From an uncultured Dictyoglomota bacterium (GTDB taxonomy: Bacteria; Dictyoglomota; Dictyoglomia; Dictyoglomales; Dictyoglomaceae), in assembly GCA_964654465.1 (NCBI GenBank), contig CAZZIO010000018.1, forward strand, positions 8,348-72,347: 64,000 bases of DNA, given 5' to 3'. This document shows, piece by piece, positions 10,903 to 20,604 of this stretch (the first letter of the stretch is position 1; each line of letters opens with the position of its first letter). A model generated the notes under the pieces. That model saw only the letters and a list, made by a program, of their open reading frames with translations, did not search any database and was not told where the DNA came from. A program made the translations under genes and the position numbers.

Positions 10903-10926
10903 AGGTTAAACCCCTCACACTTCATT

Positions 10927-11919
10927 TTAACTTTCAATATTCTTCCATCTTAATACAGCAGAGCCCCAAGAAAGTCCAGCTCCAAAACCAACTAAAGCCA
11001 AAATATCTCCGTCTTTTATCTTACCTTCTAAAACAAGCTCTTCAAGAGCAAGTGGTATGGAAGCTGTAGAAGTATTACCATATTTATGTATGTTAATAGC
11101 GACTTTGTCAATAGGAATACCCAATCTCTCTGCTCCTGTTTCAATAATCCTGATATTTGCTTGGTGTGGAATAAGCCAATCTAAATCAGCAGGGGTTAGT
11201 CCTGCCTTTTTTAGAGATTCTTCTGTTGTTTCACCTAAAACTTTTACTGAAAATTTAAAAACTTCTCTTCCATTCATTTTAATATAATGAAGCTTATTCT
11301 TTAATACCTCTTCAGAACATGGATTCTTTGCACATCCTCCAGGAATTGCTAACAAATCAGCTCCCGATCCATCTAATTTAAGATCCCAAGAGAGTAAACC
11401 ATAACCATCACCTACTTCTCTTAATACAACAGCTCCTGCACCATCTCCAAAAAGAACGCAAGTATTTCTATCTTCCCAATCAACAAATCTTGAAAGAACT
11501 TCTGTTCCTATAACTAAAACTGTTTTAACATCTCCTGATCTAATAAATTGGGCGCCTGTAATTAAAGAAGATACAAAACCAGTACAAGCACTAAGTAAAT
11601 CAAAACCACCTGCATTTTTTGCCCCAATTTTATTTTGTATAACTGCAGCCATAGACGGAAAAATCATTTCTAAAGAAGCAGATGTAACAATAATAAGATC
11701 TATTTCCTCAGGTTCTACTTTAGCCATTTTCAAGGCTTTTAGTGCAGCTTCTGCTCCAAGATCTGATGGATTTACATTACTATCAGCTATATGTCTCTCT
11801 TTTATTCCTGTACGTGTAGTAATCCATTCATCAGAAGTATCTACCATCTTCTCCAAATCATAATTCGTTAAAACTTTTGGGGGAACTACCGTCCCAATCC
11901 CTATTATCCCTACACCCAT
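10927..11919 (-). CDS. fabH: 3-oxoacyl-ACP synthase III
   Basis: Cys/His/Asn triad contexts SACTGF, HQANIRI and GNTSTASIP. Confidence 0.92.
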   Translation of the reverse strand: MGVGIIGIGTVVPPKVLTNYDLEKMVDTSDEWITTRTGIKERHIADSNVNPSDLGAEAALKALKMAKVEPEEIDLIIVTSASLEMIFPSMAAVIQNKIGAKNAGGFDLLSACTGFVSSLITGAQFIRSGDVKTVLVIGTEVLSRFVDWEDRNTCVLFGDGAGAVVLREVGDGYGLLSWDLKLDGSGADLLAIPGGCAKNPCSEEVLKNKLHYIKMNGREVFKFSVKVLGETTEESLKKAGLTPADLDWLIPHQANIRIIETGAERLGIPIDKVAINIHKYGNTSTASIPLALEELVLEGKIKDGDILALVGFGAGLSWGSAVLRWKNIES

Positions 11920-11935
11920 TTTAAATCTCCTTATA

Positions 11936-12127
11936 TTATTCTTCTTTCTCTTCCTTTACCTTTAATACTTCCCTACCCTCATAATAACCGCAAAATGGAC
12001 ATATTCTATGAGGTCTTATCATTTTATGACAGTGAGAACATTCTACTAACGCAACACCACTTAGTTTATACCTCACCCATCTACGATCTCTTCTTGTAGT
12101 AGATAGTTTTTTCTTAGGAAGACCCAT
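11936..12127 (-). CDS. rpmF: 50S ribosomal protein L32
   Basis: 63-aa basic protein with a CSHC...CPFC zinc ribbon, in the conserved position between yceD and the fab genes. Confidence 0.9.
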   Translation of the reverse strand: MGLPKKKLSTTRRDRRWVRYKLSGVALVECSHCHKMIRPHRICPFCGYYEGREVLKVKEEKEE

Positions 12128-12129
12128 TG

Positions 12130-12666
12130 CTATTTCCCTCCCTTTTTATCTAAAAACTTTTTAAGTGGCTCCCATCTTGGATCAAACTTACTTTCTTTTG
12201 AACATTCACACTCACCTAAATTAAGGTCCTTCCCACATACAGGACATAATCCTTTACAATCGGGACGGCAGAGTGGTTTTACAGGTATATTTAATCTTAT
12301 ACTATCCTCAAGAAGAGGATCTAGAAAGAGACTCTCTTTTTCAAGTACAAATTTAAAATCTTCATCTTTTAACTCAATAATATCTCCAGGGCTTATGTTT
12401 CTTTGTATAGGAATATCCCATAAATATATTTCCTGAATCTTAGCTTCCAAATTATAAGGAAAATCTTTCAAACATCTACTGCATACAAGACTTAATTTTG
12501 TCTTAATATTACCTTTTACTAATACTTCTTTACCTAAATTTATAAGCTTTAATCTTATATGAACAGGTTCTAAAAAAAGCAAATCTTCGTAATGAGGAAT
12601 AAAATCTTCCTCGTAAATAAACTCCTTTCCTACCTCAGAATGTAAATCAGCAAGATAAATTTCCAC
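12130..12666 (-). CDS. YceD/DUF177 family protein
   Basis: 178 aa. C-terminal CRPDCKGLCPVCGKDLN motif and conserved linkage to rpmF. Confidence 0.85.
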   Translation of the reverse strand: MEIYLADLHSEVGKEFIYEEDFIPHYEDLLFLEPVHIRLKLINLGKEVLVKGNIKTKLSLVCSRCLKDFPYNLEAKIQEIYLWDIPIQRNISPGDIIELKDEDFKFVLEKESLFLDPLLEDSIRLNIPVKPLCRPDCKGLCPVCGKDLNLGECECSKESKFDPRWEPLKKFLDKKGGK

Positions 12667-12681
12667 AATATCACCTTCTTT

Positions 12682-13881
12682 TTATTTATTCCCTACAATT
12701 TTAACTGTTTCTCCTGCAATCATTAACTCTTCATTAGTTGGTATTACCCATACCTCAACCTTTGAATCGGGAGTACTTATCTTTAATTCTTCACCTTTTA
12801 CTTTATTTTTCTCTGGATCAATCTTTACACCAAGATGTTCTAAACCCTCACATATTAAACTTCTCTCTAATGGTCCTCTTTCACCAACACCAGCAGTGAA
12901 TATCAAAACATCGAGTCCACCTAATATAGCGTAATAGGCACCAATATATTTTTTAATTCTATAAGCAAAAACCTTTAAAGCCAACAAGGCTCTTTCATTA
13001 CCTTTTTCAGCAGCTTCTCCTACATCTCTAAAATCACTACTTACTCCGGAAATACCTAAAATACCACTTTTCTTATTAAGAATGTTATCCATTTCTTTTG
13101 GAGATAAATTTTCCTTTTCCATCATAATAAGTGGGATCGCAGGATCAATATCACCACATCTTGTCCCCATAACCAGTCCTTCTAACGGTGTATATCCCAT
13201 ACTAGTATCTATTGATTTACCATTTTTAATGGCTGTAATACTTGCTCCATTTCCAAGATGGCAAGAAATAATTTTTAATTCTTCCAATGGTTTTCCAGTT
13301 AATTGAGCAACTCTTCTTGAGACATAATAATGGGAAGTACCATGAAAACCATATCTTCTAATCTTGTATTTCTCATACCATTCATAAGGAAGGGCATAAA
13401 TGTATGCTTCTTTTGGCATGGTTTGATGAAAGGCAGTATCAAATACTAAAACTTGTGGGGCTTCTGGTATTAAAGACATACAGGCTTCAACACCTTGTAT
13501 ATTATAGGGATTATGAAGAGGAGCCAAATTTTCACATTCCTTTAATTTCTTATAAGTTTCTGGGGTCACTAAGGTAGCCTCAAAAAAGCTTTCTCCACCA
13601 TGTACAACCCTATGTCCTACAGCATCAATATCATTAAGAGAACTCAATATTCCATCGTTTTTATCTACCAACAACTTAAATATCTCTTCTATTGCTTTCT
13701 TATGAGTGGGTAAAGGTACCTCATAAATTTTTTTAGATTCTAAGCCTCTTTGATATACAATCCTTGAACCATCAAGGCCTATCCTTTCAGCAAGCCCCTT
13801 TGCTAATACACTCTCATCCTTCATATCAAAAATCTGATACTTCACTGATGAACTTCCACAGTTTAAAACAAGTACTTTCAT
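12682..13881 (-). CDS. ackA: acetate kinase
   Basis: 399 aa with the typical MKVLVLNCGSSSVKYQ N-terminus and ASKHA-fold segments. Confidence 0.93.
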   Translation of the reverse strand: MKVLVLNCGSSSVKYQIFDMKDESVLAKGLAERIGLDGSRIVYQRGLESKKIYEVPLPTHKKAIEEIFKLLVDKNDGILSSLNDIDAVGHRVVHGGESFFEATLVTPETYKKLKECENLAPLHNPYNIQGVEACMSLIPEAPQVLVFDTAFHQTMPKEAYIYALPYEWYEKYKIRRYGFHGTSHYYVSRRVAQLTGKPLEELKIISCHLGNGASITAIKNGKSIDTSMGYTPLEGLVMGTRCGDIDPAIPLIMMEKENLSPKEMDNILNKKSGILGISGVSSDFRDVGEAAEKGNERALLALKVFAYRIKKYIGAYYAILGGLDVLIFTAGVGERGPLERSLICEGLEHLGVKIDPEKNKVKGEELKISTPDSKVEVWVIPTNEELMIAGETVKIVGNK

Positions 13882-13918
13882 AGCTACCTCCTTTTCTACC
13901 TTGAAATTTATCCACGTA

Positions 13919-13947
13919 ATTATACTATAGCAAGGAATGTTTCACAA
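13919..13947 (-). promoter_or_regulatory. sigma70-like promoter upstream of ackA
   Basis: On the minus strand: TTGTGA, a 17-nt spacer, then TATAAT, about 35 nt upstream of the ackA RBS AAGGAGG. Confidence 0.55.
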
Positions 13948-13974
13948 GATTTACAAAAGATGTTAATATTTTTT

Positions 13975-14616
13975 TTAAATTTTTCTTATATGTTCAACAG
14001 GAATATTATTCTTTCTAAATATCTCATTCACCAAAGCAAGATCTTCTGTCTCTAGTCTGAGCACTAAAAAACCATAATCCTCAGAATCACTTGGAAAGGT
14101 AGCCATACTCATAATATTTATTCCCTTTTCAGCAATAAGATTTACAATTTTTGCTATTTCTCCAGGAGTATTTTTTATTCTTAATGTATATCTCAAACCT
14201 TTTTTACCATCTCCAAGCATCTCTATAAAAGCCTTAAAAATATCACTTTCTGTTATTATTCCAATAACTTCTCCATTTTCTATAACAGGTAAAGCACTTA
14301 TCTTATTATCTCTCATGATTAAAGCAGCCTCCTCAATAGGAGCATCTGCATCTACTGTTATAGGATTGGAAGTCATTGCATCTTTTACTTTTAATTTTTC
14401 TAAAAGATAATTGATTTCAAAAATACTTAAAGATGTAGCTTGAGATGGTGATACAGACCTTAAATCTCTTTCCGTTACAATACCTACAAGCTTTCCTTTT
14501 TCCATAACAAGCAATCTTCTTACTTGGGATTCTTGCATTATCTTCCATGCTTCCAAAATAGACGTATCAGGAGATACACTTATAGGATTTTTGGTCATTC
14601 GCATTCTAACAAGCAT
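13975..14616 (-). CDS. CBS-pair plus ACT domain protein (AcuB-like)
   Basis: Two CBS repeats (MTKNPISV..., MTSNPITV...) followed by an ACT-like C-terminus. 213 aa. Confidence 0.75.
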   Translation of the reverse strand: MLVRMRMTKNPISVSPDTSILEAWKIMQESQVRRLLVMEKGKLVGIVTERDLRSVSPSQATSLSIFEINYLLEKLKVKDAMTSNPITVDADAPIEEAALIMRDNKISALPVIENGEVIGIITESDIFKAFIEMLGDGKKGLRYTLRIKNTPGEIAKIVNLIAEKGINIMSMATFPSDSEDYGFLVLRLETEDLALVNEIFRKNNIPVEHIRKI

Positions 14617-14622
14617 AATAAA

Positions 14623-15327
14623 TCAACCTCCTAAGTAGGCCTTCTTAACGGCCTCATTATTAGCAATCTCCTCTGTCGGACCTGAAAGGACAATTTTTCC
14701 TGTTTCCATAACATATACCCTATGGGCAATGGAAAAAGCCATATTGGCATTTTGTTCTACAAGAAGGAGAGTTATTTTTTCTTCATTTATCTTTTTTAAT
14801 ACAGAAAAAATCTCTTGAACAAGTAAGGGAGCAAGTCCCATAGAAGGCTCATCAAGTAAAAGAAGTCTCGCATTAGACATTAAAGCTCTACCTATGGCAA
14901 GCATTTGTTGCTCTCCACCACTTAATGTTCCAGCTAATTGTTTTTGTCTTTCTCTAAGACGAGGAAAAAGATTATACACAAATTCTAAATTTTTTTCTAC
15001 TACCTTTTTATCTTTAACAAGATAAGCACCCATTTCTAAATTCTCTTTTACAGTCATGTTAGGAAATACTCTTCTCCCCTCAGGAACATGTGCAATTCCA
15101 AGGGAAGCAATCTTATATGATGGTAATTTGGTAAGGTTTATTTCGTAAAAATAAATATCACCTTTTACTATTGGAGTTAATCTAAATATAGAACGAAGGG
15201 TAGTTGTTTTACCTGCACCATTGGCTCCAATAAGAGCAACTACTTCTCCTTCTTTAACATCAAGATTTATACCTTGTAAGGCTTTTATACCACCATAATA
15301 AACATGCAGATCTTTAATGGATAACAC
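14623..15327 (-). CDS. livF: branched-chain amino acid ABC transporter ATP-binding protein
   Basis: Walker A GANGAGKTT, signature LSGGEQQ and Walker B LLLDEPS. Confidence 0.9.
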   Translation of the reverse strand: MLSIKDLHVYYGGIKALQGINLDVKEGEVVALIGANGAGKTTTLRSIFRLTPIVKGDIYFYEINLTKLPSYKIASLGIAHVPEGRRVFPNMTVKENLEMGAYLVKDKKVVEKNLEFVYNLFPRLRERQKQLAGTLSGGEQQMLAIGRALMSNARLLLLDEPSMGLAPLLVQEIFSVLKKINEEKITLLLVEQNANMAFSIAHRVYVMETGKIVLSGPTEEIANNEAVKKAYLGG

Positions 15328-16093
15328 CTTTTACCTCCTTACCCAAATATGCCTCAATAACTCTTGGGTTATTTTTAACTTCTTCAGGTTTTCCTTCTGC
15401 AATTTTCATACCAAAATCCAATACAATTATTCTCTCACATATATTCATAACTACTTCCATATGATGTTCAATAAGTAAGATGGTAAGATTGAATCTCTCT
15501 CTTATAGTAGATATCAAATTTACAAGCTCAAGAGACTCATTTAGATTCATACCAGCTGCAGGTTCATCTAAAAGTAAAAGGGAAGGCTCGGTGGCCATTG
15601 CTCTTGCTATTTCAAGTTTCCTCTGCTCTCCATAAGGAAGATTTTCTGCAATTTCATCTTTTCTTTTGTAAAGTCCGAAGAAATCTAAGTATTCTTCAGC
15701 CTTGTCCCTCTGAATACTTTCTTGTTGAATATACTTACGATTAGAAATTAATGTATCAAACAAGGATGCATTATAAACTTTGTGCATAGCTATCATCACA
15801 TTTTCTAAAACTGTTAGTTTTTTAAATAACCTTGGATTTTGAAATGTTCTTGCTATTCCAAGCTTTGTTATTTGATAGGGTTTCATACCTAATAAATTTT
15901 TTCCATTAAATATAATACTTCCTTTAATAGGTAGATAAAAACCAGTCATTAGATTAAAAACAGTCGTTTTTCCAGCCCCATTAGGACCAATTATTCCTAA
16001 AATCTCATTTTTTTCTACTTCAAAAGAAAGATCTGAAACTGCCATCAGTCCCCCAAAGGCACAAGATAGATTTTTCACTTCTAAGATAGCCAT
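15314..16093 (-). CDS. livG: branched-chain amino acid ABC transporter ATP-binding protein
   Basis: Walker A GPNGAGKTT and a LivG-type C-terminal extension (NPRVIEAYLG). Confidence 0.9.
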   Translation of the reverse strand: MAILEVKNLSCAFGGLMAVSDLSFEVEKNEILGIIGPNGAGKTTVFNLMTGFYLPIKGSIIFNGKNLLGMKPYQITKLGIARTFQNPRLFKKLTVLENVMIAMHKVYNASLFDTLISNRKYIQQESIQRDKAEEYLDFFGLYKRKDEIAENLPYGEQRKLEIARAMATEPSLLLLDEPAAGMNLNESLELVNLISTIRERFNLTILLIEHHMEVVMNICERIIVLDFGMKIAEGKPEEVKNNPRVIEAYLGKEVKGVIH

Positions 16094-17073
16094 TAGCCTA
16101 TCCCTTTCCTTCTCAAGAATTTATATAATCTGTAAAAGGAAATCTCTCTATTACCCATAAGTCCTGAAGGTCTTACAAGCATCATTATTATCAGAGTTAA
16201 AGAATAAATAATTAATCTTAAGTGTGCAAAACCCCTTAATACCTCTGGAAGAACAGTTAAAACAAAGGCTCCAAAAATAGATCCCGTTATACTTCCAAGT
16301 CCTCCAAGTACAATCATGAGTAATATTTCCACAGATCTCATAAAAGTAAAACTACTAGGATGTAACATCATTAAGTAATGGGCAAAAAGTCCTCCTGCGA
16401 TTCCAGCAAAAAAGGCACCTATAGAAAAGGCAAGTACTTTATAATAAGTAGTATTTATTCCCATGCTTTCAGAAGCAGTTTCATCTTCTCTTATAGATAT
16501 TATTGCCCTACCATGAGAAGAATTTATGACCCTGTATATAACCACAACAGCTATAAAAGCCCAAAGAGCAACCCAAGTTATATCGGTTAGCTTTGGTATA
16601 CCAGGAAAACCTCTTGGTCCTCCTACCACATCTAAATTTAAAATTGCAACCCTGATGATTTCACCAAAACCTAAAGTGGCTATGGCAAGATAATCCCCTT
16701 TAAGTCTTAAAGTAGGAATACCTATCATTAGTCCTAACAGGGCAGCAAACAAACCTCCAATAATAAGAAAAGCTAAAAATATAACACCTTGAGCCAAATC
16801 TCTTGGAAGAAAACTTAACATATTTAATAGTTTCTCTCCCTGATAGATACTTAGGGCTGCACTAAAATATCCTCCTGCTGCCATAAACCCTGCATGCCCA
16901 ATTGAGAATTGTCCTGTAAAACCATTTATCAAATTTAAACTTACTGCAAGAATAGAATTTATCCCAAAAAATACTAAAATTTGATATATATAAGGATCCA
17001 AATTCTTACTTAATACAGAAAGAAATAATATTAATATTAAAGTTGATAAGGTCAAAAGATTTCTTCTCATCAC
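16093..17073 (-). CDS. livM: branched-chain amino acid ABC transporter permease
   Basis: 326-aa polytopic membrane protein in the LivM position. Confidence 0.88.
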   Translation of the reverse strand: MMRRNLLTLSTLILILFLSVLSKNLDPYIYQILVFFGINSILAVSLNLINGFTGQFSIGHAGFMAAGGYFSAALSIYQGEKLLNMLSFLPRDLAQGVIFLAFLIIGGLFAALLGLMIGIPTLRLKGDYLAIATLGFGEIIRVAILNLDVVGGPRGFPGIPKLTDITWVALWAFIAVVVIYRVINSSHGRAIISIREDETASESMGINTTYYKVLAFSIGAFFAGIAGGLFAHYLMMLHPSSFTFMRSVEILLMIVLGGLGSITGSIFGAFVLTVLPEVLRGFAHLRLIIYSLTLIIMMLVRPSGLMGNREISFYRLYKFLRRKGIG

Positions 17074-17948
17074 ACCTTTTCCCTCATATATTTTCCTAAA
17101 AGTCCTGAAGGTCTAACTAAAAGAATTATTATAAGAATTATAAAAGCAACAGCATCTCTAACAGTAGATGATATAAAGGCAGAAACTAAAACTTCCGCAA
17201 TACCTAAAATAAACCCACCAAGCATAGCTCCTGGTATTATTCCAATACCCCCTAAAACAGCTGCCACAAAAGCTTTTAAACCTGGCATAACTCCCATATA
17301 AGGTTCTATTTTATTAAAATATAGCCCTACAAGTACGCCACCTGCAGCTGCTAAAGCAGATCCAAGAGCAAAAGTAAATGATATAACACTATCAATATTA
17401 ATCCCAAGCATCAACGCCATCTCTTTATCTTGAGAAACAGCCCTCATTGCTTTCCCTATCTTTGTTCTCATAACAATAAATTGGAGGAGTATCATAAGAA
17501 GAATAGATATTAATAAAATTATAATTTGACGATTAGTCAAAATAAGACCACCTATATTGTATATATCTACAGGAATACTTTGGGGAAAAGATCGGGGTGA
17601 CGCACCTACTATAAGTACCATCAAATTCTCTAAAAGAAACGAAACACCTATAGCTGTTATCAATAATGAGATCCTTGGAGCTATTCTTAAGGGTCTATAA
17701 GCAAATCTTTCTATAAGCATACCTATGACACTTGCACCGATCATTGCTACAACAAGCCCTAAAGCAAAAGGTAAATTCCAAGAACCTAAAGCAAAATAAC
17801 CTATAAATGCTCCTACCATAAATATGTCTCCATGAGCAAAATTAATAAGTCTTAATATACCATATACCATGGTATAGCCTAAAGCAATTAAGGCGTATAT
17901 ACTACCTAAGGATATTCCATTTATTATTTGCTGTAATATATCAACCAT
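17070..17948 (-). CDS. livH: branched-chain amino acid ABC transporter permease
   Basis: 292-aa polytopic membrane protein with the LivH-type N-terminus (QQIINGISLGSIYALIALGYTMVYG). Confidence 0.88.
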   Translation of the reverse strand: MVDILQQIINGISLGSIYALIALGYTMVYGILRLINFAHGDIFMVGAFIGYFALGSWNLPFALGLVVAMIGASVIGMLIERFAYRPLRIAPRISLLITAIGVSFLLENLMVLIVGASPRSFPQSIPVDIYNIGGLILTNRQIIILLISILLMILLQFIVMRTKIGKAMRAVSQDKEMALMLGINIDSVISFTFALGSALAAAGGVLVGLYFNKIEPYMGVMPGLKAFVAAVLGGIGIIPGAMLGGFILGIAEVLVSAFISSTVRDAVAFIILIIILLVRPSGLLGKYMREKV

Positions 17949-17995
17949 CTATCCACGCTCCATTTTAAAGATAAAACCTTTATATTATACAAGAA

Positions 17996-18019
17996 GGGAG
18001 GTAGATAAATCTACCTCCC
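17996..18019 (-). terminator. intercistronic hairpin between livJ and livH
   Basis: GGGAGGTAGAT-loop-ATCTACCTCCC (11-bp stem) followed by TTCTTGT on the minus strand. This is typical of partial terminators after substrate-binding-protein genes. Confidence 0.55.
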
Positions 18020-18035
18020 TTATATTAAAAACTTG

Positions 18036-19166
18036 TTATGGCTTCACTGTAGTCCTATAAACTTGTTTTCCATCTTTAATCTCAATTATAACTGCACTTT
18101 TTACTGGATTTCTATTTGCATCAAAAGTTATTACTCCTGTCACTCCTCTGAATCCCTTTGTGGCTGCAAGAGCATCTCTTATCTTTGAAGAATCTGTACT
18201 ACCAGCTCTCTTAATAGCATCTACCAATAGTTTGGCTGCATCATAAGCAAGAGCAGCTAAAGCATCTGGTGTTGTTCCATACTTCTTTTGATAATTCTTT
18301 ACAAAGGTTTGAACTACAACTTCCTTTGAATCAGGACTATAGTGGTTGCTGAAGAAACATCCTTCAGCAGCTTTTCCTGCTGTTTGAAGAAGTACAGGAG
18401 AATCCCAACCATCTCCGCCACCAAATGGAACAGTTATTCCAAGCTCTCTTGCTTGAAGAAGGATAGGCCCTACATCGGCATAATATCCTGGTACATATAC
18501 AAAATCTGGTTTTGCTGATTTGATTTTAGTCAGTTGAGCTCTAAAATCAGAGTCTCCCTCAGAATATGACTCTTCAGCCACTATCTTACCACCAAGAGCG
18601 GTAAATTTCTGTTTAAAGAATTGGGCAAGTCCTTTACTATAGTCACTTGTCACAGCGGTAAGTATGGCTGCAGTCTTTAATTTTAAATTTTTATAAACAA
18701 AATTTGCCATTACTTCCCCTTGGAAATCATCTATAAAGCATGCTCTAAAGATATAATCTCCTACTTGTGTTACTTTTGGATTTGTTGCGGTTGGTGTCAG
18801 AAGTACTATTTTAGATTGTTGAGCAATAGGAGCTACTACTAAAGTAACAGAGCTTGTTACTTCTGCTATAAGAGCCACAACCTTATCTCTCTCAATAAGC
18901 TTTTTAGCAGCGTTTGCTGCCTCTTCTGGTTTGTACTGGTCATCTTCAATTAGAAGTTCAATCTTACTTCCTAATACTCCTCCTCTTAAATTAACCTCTT
19001 CAATGGCCATTTTTGCTCCATTTGCGCAGGATGTACCAAAAGTAGCCAATGGACCAGTAATTGGGAATATAGCTCCTATTCTTATTGTTCCTGCTGCTTG
19101 TAAGGGTATTACCAAAAGAAAAATTGAAACCATAGAGATTAGGAAAAGTTTTGTAAAACGCTTCAT
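18036..19166 (-). CDS. livJ: branched-chain amino acid ABC transporter substrate-binding protein
   Basis: Signal peptide (MKRFTKLFLISMVSIFLLVIPLQA) plus a type I periplasmic-binding fold of the Leu/Ile/Val-binding family. Confidence 0.88.
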   Translation of the reverse strand: MKRFTKLFLISMVSIFLLVIPLQAAGTIRIGAIFPITGPLATFGTSCANGAKMAIEEVNLRGGVLGSKIELLIEDDQYKPEEAANAAKKLIERDKVVALIAEVTSSVTLVVAPIAQQSKIVLLTPTATNPKVTQVGDYIFRACFIDDFQGEVMANFVYKNLKLKTAAILTAVTSDYSKGLAQFFKQKFTALGGKIVAEESYSEGDSDFRAQLTKIKSAKPDFVYVPGYYADVGPILLQARELGITVPFGGGDGWDSPVLLQTAGKAAEGCFFSNHYSPDSKEVVVQTFVKNYQKKYGTTPDALAALAYDAAKLLVDAIKRAGSTDSSKIRDALAATKGFRGVTGVITFDANRNPVKSAVIIEIKDGKQVYRTTVKP

Positions 19167-19193
19167 TTCTTCACCTCCCTAAAGTATATTTAT

Positions 19194-19228
19194 AAAAAAA
19201 CAGGGACATTCTCTAAAGAACATCCCTG
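19194..19228 (-). terminator. intrinsic terminator after asnS, lying inside the liv leader
   Basis: Minus strand CAGGGATGTTC-loop-GAATGTCCCTG followed by TTTTTTT. Confidence 0.7.
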
Positions 19229-19243
19229 TTCTAAGTATTGAAA

Positions 19244-19273
19244 AGTATAACTAAATTTTTAGCTTAATGTCAA
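19244..19273 (-). promoter_or_regulatory. candidate sigma70-like promoter for the liv operon
   Basis: Minus strand TTGACA, an 18-nt spacer, then TATACT, located between the asnS stop and the terminator hairpin. Confidence 0.45.
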
Positions 19274-19290
19274 CTCCGTATATTTTCAAA

Positions 19291-20592
19291 CTAAGGATAA
19301 ATTCTATATATCATCCTCGGGAATGGAATTGCTTCTCTTACATGTTTTAAACCGCATATCCATGCTACTGTTCTTTCTATACCAAGTCCAAAACCTGAAT
19401 GAGGCACACTTCCATATCTCCTCAAATCTATATACCATTCAAAAGCTCCCTTTGGTAAATTATATTCTTTAATTTTCTCTTCTAATAATTTTAGATCATG
19501 TATTCTCTGACTTCCACCAATAATTTCTCCGTATCCTTCAGGAGCTAAAAGGTCATTATTTAAAACTTCATCGGGATTATATGGATCTGGTTGCATATAA
19601 AATGGTTTTATCTTAGCAGGATAATGATGAATAAATACTGGTTTATCAAATTGATTTGAAATTATTGTCTCCTCATCACCACCAAAGTCATCTCCATATT
19701 CCACATTTAAACCATTATTTTTAAGAATTTCTATAGCCTCTCTATAAGTAATTCTTGGAAAAGGTGGTACTACATTTTCAAGAGGTTTTGTGTCTCTCTC
19801 TAATATTTCAAGCTCTCTTTTTCTTTTTTCCAAAACTCTCTGAACTATATAACTAACCAAGTCTTCTTGTAATTTCATATTATCTTGCCAATCCCAATAC
19901 GCCATCTCTGGTTCAACCATCCAGAATTCTGTAAGATGACGTCTTGTCTTTGATTTTTCTGCTCTAAATGCTGGACCAAAACAATAAACTTTACCAAGTG
20001 CCATGCATGCAGCTTCCATGTAAAGTTGTCCACTTTGTGAAAGATAGGCTTTTCCAAGATCAAAATAATCAAGAGAAAATAATGTGGTTGTTCCTTCACA
20101 AGCGGAGGGTGTCAATATAGGGGCATCAACTAAAACAAACCCCTTGCTATCAAGAAAATCTCTTATAGCTTTAACTACTTCACTTCTTATTCTTAAAATA
20201 GCATTTTGCCTCCTTGATCTAATCCACAAATGTCTTCTTTCAAGAAGAAAATCTATAGAATGATCTTTCTTCTGTATTGGATATTCTTCAGAATAGGAAA
20301 CCACATTTACTTTTTTCAACATCAACTCATAACCACCAGGAGCCCTTGGTTCTTTTTTCAAATCTCCAATCACAATTATGGATGACTCAATTGGAATTTT
20401 CTCAAAAAAATCAAGCTCTTCTTGATTAAAATTATCCAAAGTTGCTACACCTTGTATATAACCTGTACCATCTCTAATAATAAGAAAAACAACCTTACCA
20501 CTTGATCTTTTATTAAATAACCACCCTCTTATTTCAATTTCTCCCTCTTGTATCTTAGGAATATCTTCAATGTAAACCCAGGAAGCTGCCAT
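19291..20592 (-). CDS. asnS: asparaginyl-tRNA synthetase
   Basis: 433-aa class IIb aaRS with an N-terminal OB fold, motif 2 FRAEKS and motif 3 GFGLGIERTV. Length and tail are typical of AsnRS. Confidence 0.85.
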   Translation of the reverse strand: MAASWVYIEDIPKIQEGEIEIRGWLFNKRSSGKVVFLIIRDGTGYIQGVATLDNFNQEELDFFEKIPIESSIIVIGDLKKEPRAPGGYELMLKKVNVVSYSEEYPIQKKDHSIDFLLERRHLWIRSRRQNAILRIRSEVVKAIRDFLDSKGFVLVDAPILTPSACEGTTTLFSLDYFDLGKAYLSQSGQLYMEAACMALGKVYCFGPAFRAEKSKTRRHLTEFWMVEPEMAYWDWQDNMKLQEDLVSYIVQRVLEKRKRELEILERDTKPLENVVPPFPRITYREAIEILKNNGLNVEYGDDFGGDEETIISNQFDKPVFIHHYPAKIKPFYMQPDPYNPDEVLNNDLLAPEGYGEIIGGSQRIHDLKLLEEKIKEYNLPKGAFEWYIDLRRYGSVPHSGFGLGIERTVAWICGLKHVREAIPFPRMIYRIYP

Positions 20593-20604
20593 AGCTTCAT
20601 CCTC

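Noticed and set aside
10927-12127. Absence of plsX between rpmF and fabH, where many bacteria have it.
   Set aside because: This is a gene-order variation that may simply reflect plsX being elsewhere. It cannot be evaluated from one window and is not evidence of anything unusual by itself.
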